Assembly (NCBI GenBank): GCA_039714155.1
Contig: JBDLJX010000001.1
Span: 65,257 to 129,256, forward strand
Direction of reading: 5' to 3'
Length of the DNA stretch: 64,000 nucleotides
Origin: Pseudomonadota bacterium
GTDB taxonomy: Bacteria > Pseudomonadota > Gammaproteobacteria > UBA9214
The notes below the pieces were generated by a model that saw only the letters and a program-made list of their open reading frames with translations, did not search any database and was not told where the DNA came from. A program made the position numbers and the translations under genes. Every line of letters begins with the position of its first letter. Position 1 is the first letter of the stretch. Below, piece after piece: positions 28,280 to 38,015 of this stretch.

Positions 28280-28702
28280 TTGCCTGCCCCGGCCTCCCTT
28301 GCCAGCCCCGGCATGCCTTTGTATGGTTGGGGCATGCGCTTCTCCCATGAAAAAGTCGAAGGCAACAGTATCAACGGCTATGCCAGCGGCCAGGTGACCG
28401 TCAATGGCGAGGTCATCACCCATAGCGTTGTGGTTACCCCTGACCAGATAATCCATGACTGGCTGCCGGCGGTTTTCGAGGAGCTGGAAGCGGCCCACCT
28501 GGAACGGCTTGGCGAACTGGAACCGGAAATCATTCTCATCGGCACCGGCGCGACCCTGCGCTTTCCGCCGCCGGCCTGGACGGCCGGTTACCTTGCAAAG
28601 GGAATCGGTGTCGAGATCATGGACACGCAGGCCGCCTGCCGCACCTATAATGTCCTGCTGTCGGAAGACCGGCACGTGGTGGCCGGCCTGTTAATCAGTT
28701 AA
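28280..28702 (+). CDS. Mth938-like (DUF498) domain protein
   Basis: 140 aa in the ORF track. The true start is possibly the internal Met at about 28334. The C-terminal ..IILIGTGATLRFPPPAWTAGYLAKGIGVEIMDTQAACRTYNVLLSEDRHVVAGLL is the conserved Mth938/NDUFAF3-like fold signature. Confidence 0.5.
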   Translation: MPAPASLASPGMPLYGWGMRFSHEKVEGNSINGYASGQVTVNGEVITHSVVVTPDQIIHDWLPAVFEELEAAHLERLGELEPEIILIGTGATLRFPPPAWTAGYLAKGIGVEIMDTQAACRTYNVLLSEDRHVVAGLLIS

Positions 28703-28726
28703 CGAACCCACATATCAAGAGCGCCC

Positions 28727-28993
28727 ATGAAAAAGAAAAAACTCAAGCACGAAGTCGAATTACTGAAGGAAGCCATTCTGGCCGGCATGAAATATGGCGA
28801 GCAACGCGGTGTCGTCGAGTTTGAAGCCACCGACTCGGCCAATGAAAAAATCGAATACATCTACAAGCTGCTGGTACATGACAAGGTGATCCAGCCGCTC
28901 GCAAAAGACCAGATTTCTTTACCCAGCATGAAACACAAACTCGCGCTCTGGTATGCACGCACGTTGCCGGCGGATCATCCGTTGCTGAAATAA
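28727..28993 (+). CDS. Hypothetical protein (88 aa, Lys-rich N-terminus)
   Basis: ATG start 24 nt after the previous stop, on the same strand. The coding potential is consistent with its neighbours. No family is recognised. Confidence 0.35.
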   Translation: MKKKKLKHEVELLKEAILAGMKYGEQRGVVEFEATDSANEKIEYIYKLLVHDKVIQPLAKDQISLPSMKHKLALWYARTLPADHPLLK

Positions 28994-29075
28994 AATAACT
29001 GACAGGCCCGTTACCTGACTCCGCCTCCCTTTTGATGACCGTCCCTCTCAAGATTGAACAACGGCCGCAGGACTG

Positions 29076-30194
29076 TCAACGCAGCGATTCGTAGCCGCCT
29101 TCCAGGCCCTCCCGCGAATAGACCAATTGCCATAACTGGTTACGCCGGGCCCGGAACGAGCCCGCGCCAGACAGGAGAAAGAACTTCCACATCCGGTAAA
29201 AACGTTCATCGTAGCCCAGTTTTTCCAGTTCATCCCGGTGCGTGTCTATGTTGGCCATCCATGCCATGAGGGTGGGGTCGTAGTGCACGCTGAAATTATG
29301 CCAGTCCTCAAGAATGAATACGCCTTCTGCAGCGCGAGCCACCTGGGACGGCGTCGGTAACACACCCCCGGGGAAAATGTATTTGTTGGTCCAGGGATCG
29401 ACGGCCGTTGCCGTGGTATTGGTACCAATGGTGTGAAGCAGGAACAGCCCGTCGTCAACCAGGCAGCGATCCACCACCTGCATGTAGGGCCGGTAGTTTT
29501 TTGGCCCTACATGTTCGAACATGCCCAGCGAGACGATCCGGTCGAAGCGCTCGTTGATATTTCGATAATCCTGGAAACGCAGCTCGACATCGAGTCCCTT
29601 GCACAGTTCCTGCCCCAGTTCAATCTGTTCTCTCGACACGGTGATGCCCACCACCTTCGCACCGTATCGCTCGGCGGCAAAACGGGCGAAACTGCCCCAG
29701 CCGCAACCAATATCCAGCACCCGCATACCACTGCTTAAACCGATCTTGCGGCAGACCAGATCGAGCTTTGCTTCCTGCGCCGCATCCAGATCACCGGCTT
29801 CCTTCCAGTAGCCACAGGTGTAGGTCATCCGCCTGTCCAGCATGCAGCGATACATCTCGTTACCCATGTCGTAATGGTGTGCACCGATGTGGTAGGCGCG
29901 TCTTCGGCTCTGCAGATTGATCAGCTTGGCCCGGATAACCGGGACCAGGAGTTTCAGTGGCTGAACCTTGTGCTCGAGGCCGGCCCGGATGACGCGATGG
30001 AACAGCGCATCGAGCTGTTCACAGTCCCACCAGCCGTCCATATAGGACTCACCCAGTCCGATGGATCCCCCATCGGCCAGGATGCGCTGATAGAAGCGTG
30101 GATCCTTGACCTGCAGGTCCCAGGGCTGGTTGCCGCCGACCTCGACCCCGGCAAGTTCAAGCAGGCCGCGAATGGTGGTTTCGGAACGATTCAT
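29076..30194 (-). CDS. cfa: Cyclopropane-fatty-acyl-phospholipid synthase
   Basis: From the internal Met (MNRSETT...) the protein is about 372 aa. It has a SAM-binding motif ..VLDIGCGWG.. and Cfa-specific C-terminal blocks. The ORF-track N-terminal 43 aa were rejected. Confidence 0.85.
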   Translation of the reverse strand: MNRSETTIRGLLELAGVEVGGNQPWDLQVKDPRFYQRILADGGSIGLGESYMDGWWDCEQLDALFHRVIRAGLEHKVQPLKLLVPVIRAKLINLQSRRRAYHIGAHHYDMGNEMYRCMLDRRMTYTCGYWKEAGDLDAAQEAKLDLVCRKIGLSSGMRVLDIGCGWGSFARFAAERYGAKVVGITVSREQIELGQELCKGLDVELRFQDYRNINERFDRIVSLGMFEHVGPKNYRPYMQVVDRCLVDDGLFLLHTIGTNTTATAVDPWTNKYIFPGGVLPTPSQVARAAEGVFILEDWHNFSVHYDPTLMAWMANIDTHRDELEKLGYDERFYRMWKFFLLSGAGSFRARRNQLWQLVYSREGLEGGYESLR

Positions 30195-30527
30195 CGTGGT
30201 CGGGTACCGGGAAGTTGCGTGAAGCTGCGGGTCAGTGAAACAAGTTGCGGATATTATCACAACAGCGTTGTGGATCATCCCGGGACATGAGCGGTGGCAT
30301 TCTTCACTTACCAAGGCATACATAAGTTAGCCGGCATAAGCTTTCGGGACCGTCGGCCGCATGGACGCGGCCATCGAGTGTACGACATACAGGGATGTAT
30401 TAGTGTCGCGAGAGGCAGGGATGCCGGAAGCGACCAGGGATGTATTCACAGCATGTCCCGCAAGCTCAGGTCGGCTCACTTCCGTACTTGTTAGTATATG
30501 GTCTTTCTCTCGTCTCTACGGTAAAAA

Positions 30528-31529
30528 TCATTTCAGCAACGCATCGATCGAGAAGCCCTCTGCCTCAAGGATCTTCTTCAGGCGCTTGAGTGCATCCATC
30601 TGGATCTGACGAACACGTTCACGGGTCACCCCGATTTCCCGACCGACCTGTTCCAGGGTTGACACCGCATGGCCGTGCAGACCAAAGCGGCGTTCGACGA
30701 CTTCGCGCTGCTTCTCATTCAACTGGTCGAGCCAGTCGTCGATACTCGTGTGGACGTTGTCCTCCTGAAGAGATTCAGTCGGGTCCGGCGCCTCCTTGTC
30801 CGGAATGGTCTCCAGCAAGGTCTTGCCGGAGTCATTCATGATGTTGCTGTCAGTCGAGGCAATGCGTTCATTCAGACCCAGCATGCGTTCGACATCCTCG
30901 ATTGGCTTGTGCAGCAGGTTGGCAATTTCCTCTGCACTGGGTTCGTGGTCGAGTTGCTGCGCCAGTCCGCGTGCTGCACGCAGGTAGACATTGATTTCCT
31001 TGACAACATGGATCGGCAAGCGAATGGTGCGCGTCTGGTTCATGATGGCACGTTCGATAGTCTGCCGTATCCACCAGGTCGCATAGGTTGAGAACCGGAA
31101 ACCACGTTCGGGATCGAACTTTTCTACGGCGCGTATCAGGCCAAGGTTGCCTTCTTCGATCAAATCCAGAAACGCCAGGCCGCGGTTCATGTAGCGGCGT
31201 GCGATCTTGACCACCAGCCGCAGGTTGCTTTCGATCATGCGCTGGCGCGCACTTTCATCCCCCTGCTGTGCCAGTCGCGAAAAGTACACTTCCTCTTCGG
31301 CCGACAGCAGTGGTGATATACCGATCTCGCTCAGGTAGAGACGGGTGGGGTCATGACTTTCGGAACCGGAGGATGGACGGTTACTGCGGGATGTCGTCGT
31401 GGAATTAACGCTGACCGTACGCTTCCCGTCACCCTGCCCTGCGGAGGTGTCTTGACTGGCTTGACCCGCTTTGGTCACAGCATCTTTCTCACTGTGCGTC
31501 GGGTCGGAATCCTCGTGACGCTTGCTCAC
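30528..31529 (-). CDS. rpoS: RNA polymerase sigma factor RpoS (sigma-38)
   Basis: 333 aa with sigma-70 regions 1.2-4. Region 2.4 reads ..[15 protein letters not shown].. and region 4.2 reads ..[21 protein letters not shown]... It lies downstream of nlpD as in enteric bacteria and Pseudomonas. Confidence 0.9.
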   Translation of the reverse strand: MSKRHEDSDPTHSEKDAVTKAGQASQDTSAGQGDGKRTVSVNSTTTSRSNRPSSGSESHDPTRLYLSEIGISPLLSAEEEVYFSRLAQQGDESARQRMIESNLRLVVKIARRYMNRGLAFLDLIEEGNLGLIRAVEKFDPERGFRFSTYATWWIRQTIERAIMNQTRTIRLPIHVVKEINVYLRAARGLAQQLDHEPSAEEIANLLHKPIEDVERMLGLNERIASTDSNIMNDSGKTLLETIPDKEAPDPTESLQEDNVHTSIDDWLDQLNEKQREVVERRFGLHGHAVSTLEQVGREIGVTRERVRQIQMDALKRLKKILEAEGFSIDALLK

Positions 31530-31576
31530 TGGCCATCCCGGCTTGTTATTCAGTGCCAGACTGTCATCGACGGTTT

Positions 31577-32572
31577 TTAGCTCTTTGGCAGATAGCGGAG
31601 CGGATTCACCGGCTTGCCGTCCTTGCGTATTTCAAAGTACAGCTGGGTCCGGTCCGTTCCACTGTTACCCATACGGGCAATGTTCTGCCCTGCCTTGACG
31701 TGCTGACCTTCTGCTACCAGCAGTTCGCTGTTGTGACCATAGGCACTCAGCAAACTTTCGGTATGTTTTATGATGATAAGCCGGCCATACCCGACAAGTC
31801 CACTCCCGGCATACACAACCTTGCCATCGGCTGCCGCTATCACTGACTGCCCGGTCTTGCCGCCGATATCAATGCCTTTTTGTCCTTCACTGCCGGGGTG
31901 AAATCCCTTCAGCAACTGGCCCTTCGTCGGCCATACCCAGCGCCTGACATTACCCGGCAACTGTTTGTTTGCAGTCGCAACCGGTTGTATTGATGGCACT
32001 GCCTTGTTAGCAGATGTTGGGACTGGCGCCGGTTTGGCTGTAGCAGCCGGTTTCGGAACGGACTTCGCCACCGGCTGGGGTGCCAGCGAAGATGATACCG
32101 GCCTGGCACGCAACCGCTGCCCGGTATAAATAGTATAAGGCGAATGAATATGGTTCATCGCAGCCAGTTCCCGAAAGCCCAGGCCATGCTGCCAGGCAAT
32201 CGAGTACAACGTCTCACCACGCCTCACAATATGATAACCGGGGGTTGTCCGTGGCACTGGCTGATGTGCCCGTGGCACCGGCTGCTGTGCCCGTGACACC
32301 GGCTGCTGTGCCCGTGACACCGGCTGCTGTGCCCGTGACACCGGCTGCTGTGCCCGTGACACCGGCTGCTGTGCCCGTGGCACCGGCTGCTGTTTACGTA
32401 CCGGGTAGGTTTGCACTGTCGCTGTTTCTGATGAAGTCCGATCTGCCGGCTTTGCGGTTGTGTGTTTCTGATTCGAGTCACGGCTGCCCACCGGTGCATA
32501 TACCGGTTGTGAACTGCAACCGGCAAGCAGCAACACCAGTAATGGCACGCACAGCAATCGCATCGACATCAT
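31577..32572 (-). CDS. nlpD: Lipoprotein NlpD (LysM + M23 peptidase domain)
   Basis: Lipobox start [19 protein letters not shown]. It has a LysM (..[15 protein letters not shown]..) and a C-terminal M23 domain. The ORF-track N-terminal 173 aa, which overlap the upstream gene, were rejected. Confidence 0.85.
   Translation of the reverse strand: MMSMRLLCVPLLVLLLAGCSSQPVYAPVGSRDSNQKHTTAKPADRTSSETATVQTYPVRKQQPVPRAQQPVSRAQQPVSRAQQPVSRAQQPVSRAQQPVPRAHQPVPRTTPGYHIVRRGETLYSIAWQHGLGFRELAAMNHIHSPYTIYTGQRLRARPVSSSLAPQPVAKSVPKPAATAKPAPVPTSANKAVPSIQPVATANKQLPGNVRRWVWPTKGQLLKGFHPGSEGQKGIDIGGKTGQSVIAAADGKVVYAGSGLVGYGRLIIIKHTESLLSAYGHNSELLVAEGQHVKAGQNIARMGNSGTDRTQLYFEIRKDGKPVNPLRYLPKS
32250..32396. repeat. 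Seven-copy 21-bp tandem repeat inside nlpD (encodes a (QQPVSRA)n linker)
   Basis: Forward-strand units GTG(A/G)CACCGGCTGCTGTGCCC repeat seven times. The protein segment is ...[51 protein letters not shown]... Confidence 0.85.
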
Positions 32573-32574
32573 CC

Positions 32575-33153
32575 TCACCGACTGAAATACAGGTAAGCCA
32601 GGACACTGGCGACGACCAGCGCCCAGCCAATGCGTTCGACATACACGCGCAGTGCCGCTTCCATTTTCGGGCCACCCCAGGCCAGCAGGCTGGCAACCAG
32701 GAAGAAGCGTCCGCCACGACCGATCAGTGAGCCGATGACGAACAGCGGCAGGCTCATGCCAAGCGAACCGGCAGCAATGGTAAACACCTTGTAGGGAATT
32801 GGCGAGAAGCCGGCAATCAGAATTGCCCAGAAGCCCCACTCCTCGAACCAGACCTTGGCCTTCAGATAGGCCTCCATGTACCCGGCATGTTCCAGCCATG
32901 GCGCAATGGCCTCGATAGCAAAATAGCCGATCAGGTAACCGAACAGGCCACCGACGACCGAGGCCAGCGTGGTTAACAGTGCATACGCGGTGGCACGCTC
33001 CGGCCGCGCCATGCTCATCGGCGCCAGCATGACATCGGGGGGCACCGGGAAGAACGAAGACTCGGCGAAACTCAGACCACCGAGATACCACGCTGCATGG
33101 CGGTGGCGCGCCCAGATCATGCAGCGGTCATACAGGGCAGTAAATATTGTCAT
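32575..33153 (-). CDS. YqaA/DedA-family (VTT domain) inner-membrane protein
   Basis: 192 aa with four or five TMs and a YqaA-like signature ..GLSFAESSFFPVPPDVMLAPM... Its stop overlaps the nlpD start (ATGA-type coupling). Confidence 0.6.
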   Translation of the reverse strand: MTIFTALYDRCMIWARHRHAAWYLGGLSFAESSFFPVPPDVMLAPMSMARPERATAYALLTTLASVVGGLFGYLIGYFAIEAIAPWLEHAGYMEAYLKAKVWFEEWGFWAILIAGFSPIPYKVFTIAAGSLGMSLPLFVIGSLIGRGGRFFLVASLLAWGGPKMEAALRVYVERIGWALVVASVLAYLYFSR

Positions 33154-33809
33154 CAGGCCTGCCCCTTCAGCAACGGCACAAACACCACCGCCTCACGGTC
33201 TTGCGCCTCGAATTCATCACCATGGCGGGTAACGAGTTTCAGTACCTGGTGGTCACGCCCGCCAACCGGGATCACCAGCCGGCCGCCCGGCGCCAGTTGC
33301 TGCAACAACTCCTCCGGGATGATGTCCGCCGCGGCAGTAACGATAATCGCATCATAGGGCGCGAATTCAGGCAGACCGACAGTACCGTCGCTGTAGGAAG
33401 CACGCACGTTGCGCAGTCCCAGCTGGCGGAAGCGCTGCCGCGCCTGGCTTGCCAGCGGTGCGATGCGCTCGACCGTATAGACCTTGTCGACCAGTTGCGC
33501 CAGTATCGCCGCCTGGTAACCGGAACCGGTGCCGACTTCGAGGACCTTTTTCGGGGCATTGGCAACCACCAGGTCGGTCATGGCAGCCACAATGTATGGT
33601 TGTGAAATCGTCTGGTTGTAGCCAATGGGTAAAGCGGTGTCTTCATAGGCGCGGCTCGACAATGCCTCGTCGACAAACAGGTGCCGCGGCGTATTGCGTA
33701 TGACATCAAGCACGGCCCCGTTTTGAATACCTTCACTGCGCAGGCGTTCGACCAACCGGTCACGCGTCCGCTGCGAGGTCATACCGATGCCACGTACCAT
33801 CGAATTCAA
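33153..33809 (-). CDS. pcm: Protein-L-isoaspartate O-methyltransferase
   Basis: 218 aa with a SAM motif ..[13 protein letters not shown].. and the conserved ..ISQPYIVA.. block. It follows surE as in E. coli and Pseudomonas. Confidence 0.9.
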   Translation of the reverse strand: MNSMVRGIGMTSQRTRDRLVERLRSEGIQNGAVLDVIRNTPRHLFVDEALSSRAYEDTALPIGYNQTISQPYIVAAMTDLVVANAPKKVLEVGTGSGYQAAILAQLVDKVYTVERIAPLASQARQRFRQLGLRNVRASYSDGTVGLPEFAPYDAIIVTAAADIIPEELLQQLAPGGRLVIPVGGRDHQVLKLVTRHGDEFEAQDREAVVFVPLLKGQA

Positions 33810-33839
33810 GGTTTTGGCCCTTCTCTCATTGTTTACTCT

Positions 33840-33951
33840 GTAGCCCGGATGGAGCGTAACGGAATCCGGGGATGAATATGGATTTCCCCGGGTTCCGGCC
33901 CCCGGCTTACCCGCTGCCGTGGCAGGTTCTCCGAGCCTGCGCCCGGGCTAC
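33840..33951. repeat. REP-like element, family B, copy 3
   Basis: GTAGCCCGGATGGAGCGTAACGGAATCCGGGG ... GCGCCCGGGCTAC. It sits in the pcm-surE spacer. Confidence 0.7.
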
Positions 33952-33975
33952 TACTACTGCCTAATGCCTGCATAA

Positions 33976-34731
33976 TCATTCATCCAGCCAGCTACCCACC
34001 TGTTCCAGTGCTGTATAGCGGGTCAGATCGACATCCAGCGGCGTCACCGAGACATAGCCGCTACGCACGGCATGAAAATCGGTACCCGGGCCGGCATCCT
34101 GTTCGGATCCGGCTGGTCCAACCCAGTACACCGGTCGGCCACGCGGATCTTCCATTGGCACTACCGGTTCGGACTTGTGCCGATGGCCGAGGCGGGTGGC
34201 CTGCATGCCCTTGAGCGCATCTGCCGGCACGTCCGGCACATTAACATTCAGAATGGTATCCACCGGCAGTGAGCCGGGCTTCAGGCGCTGCACCAGTTCG
34301 AGCGCAACCCCGGCGGCCGTGTCGTAATGGCTCGGCTTGTCAGTCACCAGTGACACGGCAATGGCCGGCAAGCCAAGGAAACGCCCTTCCATCGCAGCAG
34401 CAACAGTACCGGAGTACAGTACATCATCACCGAGATTGGCGCCGGAATTAATGCCGGCGATCACCATATCCGGCTCTTCATCCAGTAAGCCGGTAATCGC
34501 GAGGTGTACACAATCGGTCGGTGTACCGTCGACACAGGTCACGCCATCCTCCATCTGCCGCGCCCGTATGGGGGTATCCAGGGTCAGCGAGTTGCTCGCC
34601 CCGCTACGGTCACGATCGGGCGCAACCACGGTAACCGTGGCGATTCCGGCCAGTGTGCGGGCAAGCGCCCGGATACCCGGCGCCTGATAACCATCGTCAT
34701 TACTGATCAGGATATGCATGATAACCAACAA
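33976..34731 (-). CDS. surE: 5'/3'-nucleotidase SurE
   Basis: SurE N-terminal signature [19 protein letters not shown].. The true start is probably the Met at 34719. Confidence 0.9.
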   Translation of the reverse strand: MLVIMHILISNDDGYQAPGIRALARTLAGIATVTVVAPDRDRSGASNSLTLDTPIRARQMEDGVTCVDGTPTDCVHLAITGLLDEEPDMVIAGINSGANLGDDVLYSGTVAAAMEGRFLGLPAIAVSLVTDKPSHYDTAAGVALELVQRLKPGSLPVDTILNVNVPDVPADALKGMQATRLGHRHKSEPVVPMEDPRGRPVYWVGPAGSEQDAGPGTDFHAVRSGYVSVTPLDVDLTRYTALEQVGSWLDE

Positions 34732-34875
34732 TTATTTCAAGGCAGGCATCCTATTATACGGGGTCCGGGAAGACAAAATACCCTGACTGCATCGCTTGCA
34801 CGGCCGGGGCAATCCGGTTAGCTTGCAGACACGAATACCAGCCTGTTGCTGTGCACAATCACACCATATTGACTG

Positions 34876-35421
34876 ATGGCCAAATCCCGCAAACCCGACC
34901 CTGACGACATTGAACTGTTCCGCCGCAGTGTCGGGCAGGTCAGAAAGGTCAATAACGATCGTGTCCAGCATCGGCAACAGCGGCCGGCACCACGACCACG
35001 GCTGATGACCGATGATGAAATCCCCCTGGCAGACCCCGGATTCCCGGAAGCCCCGGGTGGCCTCGATGTGAGCGCCGACGACAGCCTGTTTTTTGCCCGT
35101 TCAGGATTACAGAACCGGCTACTGCAACGCCTGCGGCGCAGCCAGTTGCCGGTCGGCGCCGAACTCGACATGCATGGCATGACCATCCCGGTTGCCCGGA
35201 ACGAGATCGCACGTTTCATTGCACACTGTTGCGACCGGCACATCCGCTGCGCACGCATTATTCATGGCAAGGGCTATGGTTCCAGGGCCGATGCACCAGT
35301 CCTGAAGAACCGGCTGAATAACTGGCTGCGACAACACCACGACGTGCTGGCATTCACCTCAACACCACGGGACGCCGGTGGTACCGGCGCTATCTACGTA
35401 CTGTTGCGGTCACGGCGGTAA
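34876..35421 (+). CDS. Smr-domain protein (SmrA/YdaL-like putative DNA endonuclease)
   Basis: 181 aa with a C-terminal Smr domain (..LDMHGMTIPVARNEIARFI...IIHGKGYGS...PVLKNRLNNWL..). Confidence 0.7.
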   Translation: MAKSRKPDPDDIELFRRSVGQVRKVNNDRVQHRQQRPAPRPRLMTDDEIPLADPGFPEAPGGLDVSADDSLFFARSGLQNRLLQRLRRSQLPVGAELDMHGMTIPVARNEIARFIAHCCDRHIRCARIIHGKGYGSRADAPVLKNRLNNWLRQHHDVLAFTSTPRDAGGTGAIYVLLRSRR

Positions 35422-35430
35422 GACGGCTGC

Positions 35431-35728
35431 GAATTCATTCTCGATTTACACCGGCCGGGCACCTGAATGCCTGATCGCGACTGAAATCGCTTTCTACGAG
35501 AAAGTCATAAAACCGCCGCAGGAGCGGCTTCAGCTGCGATCAGAACTATGGATGTCCGGCGGCATTTCCAGAGAAAGCAAGTCAGCCGACAGGGGTTCAT
35601 CCGTGGGTGTCGGCAGCAGGGACGCTGCCGTCAAGCCTACAGGGACGTATTTACGGCGTCCCACGGATGAGCCCCTGTCGGCTGGCCAATGAACTCATTG
35701 GTAATCGCGGCTGAAGCCGCTCCTACAG
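35431..35728. repeat. Intergenic repeat cluster: REP family D units flanking a family C element
   Basis: D-type units (core GATCGCGACTGAAGTCGCTCCTAC, a hairpin GCGAC-TGAA-GTCGC) lie at about 35431-35447 and 35470-35500 as one inverted pair. Two more lie at 35516-35543 and 35703-35728, inverted with respect to each other. That second pair flanks family C copy 1 (35577-35694). Confidence 0.65.
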
Positions 35729-35740
35729 AAAATTGTCGGG

Positions 35741-36799
35741 TTACGGCACTGATCTAATCAGCTCCCGCAACACGCTGGTTGCATAACAGCCGGCTGGTAA
35801 GGTGAATTCCAGTTGCAGGGTATGCTGTTCCGGCCATGACCAGGTCATGTTTGCCGGCACAACCCGCAAGGCACGGCGCTCCTGTTTCAGCCCCGCGGCT
35901 TCGAGGCCCTGTTGCCAGTCCGTAAACGGCGCCAGACAGTCTGCTTCCAGTTGCCGGCAGTCCGCGACTACCGGACTCTCACCCTTGCCATGCATTGGCC
36001 CGGTGGGATTGATATCGTGCGTCTGCAAGCGCTGCTGCAAATCTGCATCAATAACCTCGGCAATAAAGAAACTGTGACTGCCTGACAATTGCACTGCCTC
36101 GCCCGGTAACAGCTGGTTCCAGCTACCGGCAGCCACGCGGTGCGCCAGTACCCGGTTAAACAGGAACGCCCGCGCCGCTGACAATGCCAGGCCGCGCTGC
36201 TGCCGTGACAGGCGTCGACCGGTGCCGGCAAACAGCCGGTCAGCCGTGTCGAGGTTACTGCCACCCCGGCCAAAACGCTGTTCACCGAAGTAACCGGGCA
36301 CACCCGCGCGAGCTACCTGCTGCAGGCGGGTCATCAGCAAGTCCGTGTCACCGTCAATATCACGCACCCGGATACGAAACGCGTTACCTCGCAGAGCACC
36401 CCGGCGCAGCTTGCGGGTATGGCGGACATGACGCACACAGCTGAGGTCTTCGCTGTCCAGCGCAGGCCAGTCGGGTTCCTTGCTACCCGGCAGATGCACC
36501 GAGAACCACTGTTCTGTCAGCGCATGGCGGTCTTTCATGCCGGCAAAGCTGACGTTACGCAGCGATACATCGGCGAGTTGTGCCAGCCGCCCGGCGACCG
36601 CAACAGTATTCAGCCCGCGCTTGCGTATCAGCAACCAGACATGCTCACCCTCGCCCGTCGGTTCGACCAGCGGCAGTTCGGTAACCTGAAAATCCTCCGC
36701 CAGACTGCGCAAGTGACCACGTACCGGCGGCCCACCATGCGCGCAGGCAAGGCCGGCAATGGCATGGTCCAGTGAATACACCGATGAGCTAGCCCGCAT
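35741..36799 (-). CDS. truD: tRNA pseudouridine(13) synthase TruD
   Basis: 352 aa with TruD signature blocks (..LRNVSFAGMKDRHALT.., ..GVPGYFGEQRFG..). It is downstream of ispF as in many gammaproteobacteria. Confidence 0.85.
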   Translation of the reverse strand: MRASSSVYSLDHAIAGLACAHGGPPVRGHLRSLAEDFQVTELPLVEPTGEGEHVWLLIRKRGLNTVAVAGRLAQLADVSLRNVSFAGMKDRHALTEQWFSVHLPGSKEPDWPALDSEDLSCVRHVRHTRKLRRGALRGNAFRIRVRDIDGDTDLLMTRLQQVARAGVPGYFGEQRFGRGGSNLDTADRLFAGTGRRLSRQQRGLALSAARAFLFNRVLAHRVAAGSWNQLLPGEAVQLSGSHSFFIAEVIDADLQQRLQTHDINPTGPMHGKGESPVVADCRQLEADCLAPFTDWQQGLEAAGLKQERRALRVVPANMTWSWPEQHTLQLEFTLPAGCYATSVLRELIRSVP

Positions 36800-37273
36800 T
36801 CAGGCTTCAATCAGCACAACCGCAAACGCCACAATCCCTTCACCACGTCCGGTAAAGCCCATCTGCTCGGTCGTGGTGGCCTTGACGCTGACATGCTCAA
36901 CCGTGAGACCGAGATCGGCAGCGATATTGGCGCACATCGCCGGGATGTGCGTAGCAAGACGCGGCGTCTCCGCGACAACGGTAATGTCGGTATTGACGGG
37001 TTGATAGCCGGCCTCACTGACAAGCCCGACAGTGTGTTGCAGCAGGATGCGGCTGTCGATGTCCTTGTAGGCAGGATCATCCGGCGGGAAGCGCAGGCCG
37101 ATATCGCCAAGTGCGGCGGCACCCAGCAAGGCGTCACACAAGGCGTGCAACACGACGTCGCCATCAGAGTGCGCTGCAAGTCCCTGGTCATGCGGAATTT
37201 CCACACCACCCAGCACCAGCCGGCCACCCGATTTGAAGGCATGGGCATCAACACCCTGTCCGATACGAATCAT
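36800..37273 (-). CDS. ispF: 2-C-methyl-D-erythritol 2,4-cyclodiphosphate synthase
   Basis: 157 aa starting MIRIGQGVDAHAF...SDGDVVLHA.., with the zinc ligands conserved. Confidence 0.9.
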   Translation of the reverse strand: MIRIGQGVDAHAFKSGGRLVLGGVEIPHDQGLAAHSDGDVVLHALCDALLGAAALGDIGLRFPPDDPAYKDIDSRILLQHTVGLVSEAGYQPVNTDITVVAETPRLATHIPAMCANIAADLGLTVEHVSVKATTTEQMGFTGRGEGIVAFAVVLIEA

Positions 37274-37995
37274 GTGTCACGATTCTCCAGATAATGCGCC
37301 GCCAGTGCCAGGTCGGAAGCCACGGTAATCTTGATATTGTCTCGATGCCCCTCGACCATGCGCGGCGTGTAGCCGGCCGCCTCCATGGCGGAGGCCTCGT
37401 CTGTCAGGCTGATGCCGGCAGCGATACCCTGCTGCAACGCCGCGCGCAGTTGGCCGAGTCGGAACAGTTGCGGGGTCAGGGCATGCCACAGCCCCTGCCG
37501 ATCGACGGTTGCCGTCACCCCGCCAGTGGCAGCAACCCGCTTCATGGTGTCACAGACCGGTACACCAAGCAGGCCGCCATCCGTAGCGGCTACCAGCGTA
37601 TCGATCAGCACGTCGATGTCAGCCGGACGAACACAGGGCCGCGCCGCATCGTGCACCAGCACCCAGTCATCGTCACCGGCATGCCCGGACAGGTATGTCA
37701 ACGCATGCAGTACCGAGTGACAACGCTGCTCGCCACCGGCCACCTGCTCCAGCCGCTTGCCAGTGAACGTATCAGCCACGACAGGCCAGGCGCTGTCAGC
37801 ATCGGCGATGGCTACCACAACACCGGTAATGCGTTCGACCGAAAACAATGCCGCAAGCGTGTGTTCAAGTACGGTCTTGCCGGCGAGCGGCAGGTATTGC
37901 TTGGGGGTGGCTGACTGCATGCGAGCGCCACTGCCGGCCGCCGGGACCACGGCCCAGACCATCGGCTGGTTATTATGGGTAGATGCGTTTGACAC
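37270..37995 (-). CDS. ispD: 2-C-methyl-D-erythritol 4-phosphate cytidylyltransferase
   Basis: Contains ..AVVPAAGSGARM.. and ..KQYL... The true start is probably the Met at about 37962. It overlaps ispF by 4 nt. Confidence 0.9.
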   Translation of the reverse strand: MSNASTHNNQPMVWAVVPAAGSGARMQSATPKQYLPLAGKTVLEHTLAALFSVERITGVVVAIADADSAWPVVADTFTGKRLEQVAGGEQRCHSVLHALTYLSGHAGDDDWVLVHDAARPCVRPADIDVLIDTLVAATDGGLLGVPVCDTMKRVAATGGVTATVDRQGLWHALTPQLFRLGQLRAALQQGIAAGISLTDEASAMEAAGYTPRMVEGHRDNIKITVASDLALAAHYLENRDT

Positions 37996-38015
37996 GACAG
38001 AGGAAGGTGTGGCAG

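Noticed and set aside
32573-33091. 173-aa N-terminal extension of the nlpD ORF
   Set aside because: It overlaps the YqaA-like gene on the same strand in another frame. A canonical lipoprotein signal and lipobox begin at the internal Met at 32572.
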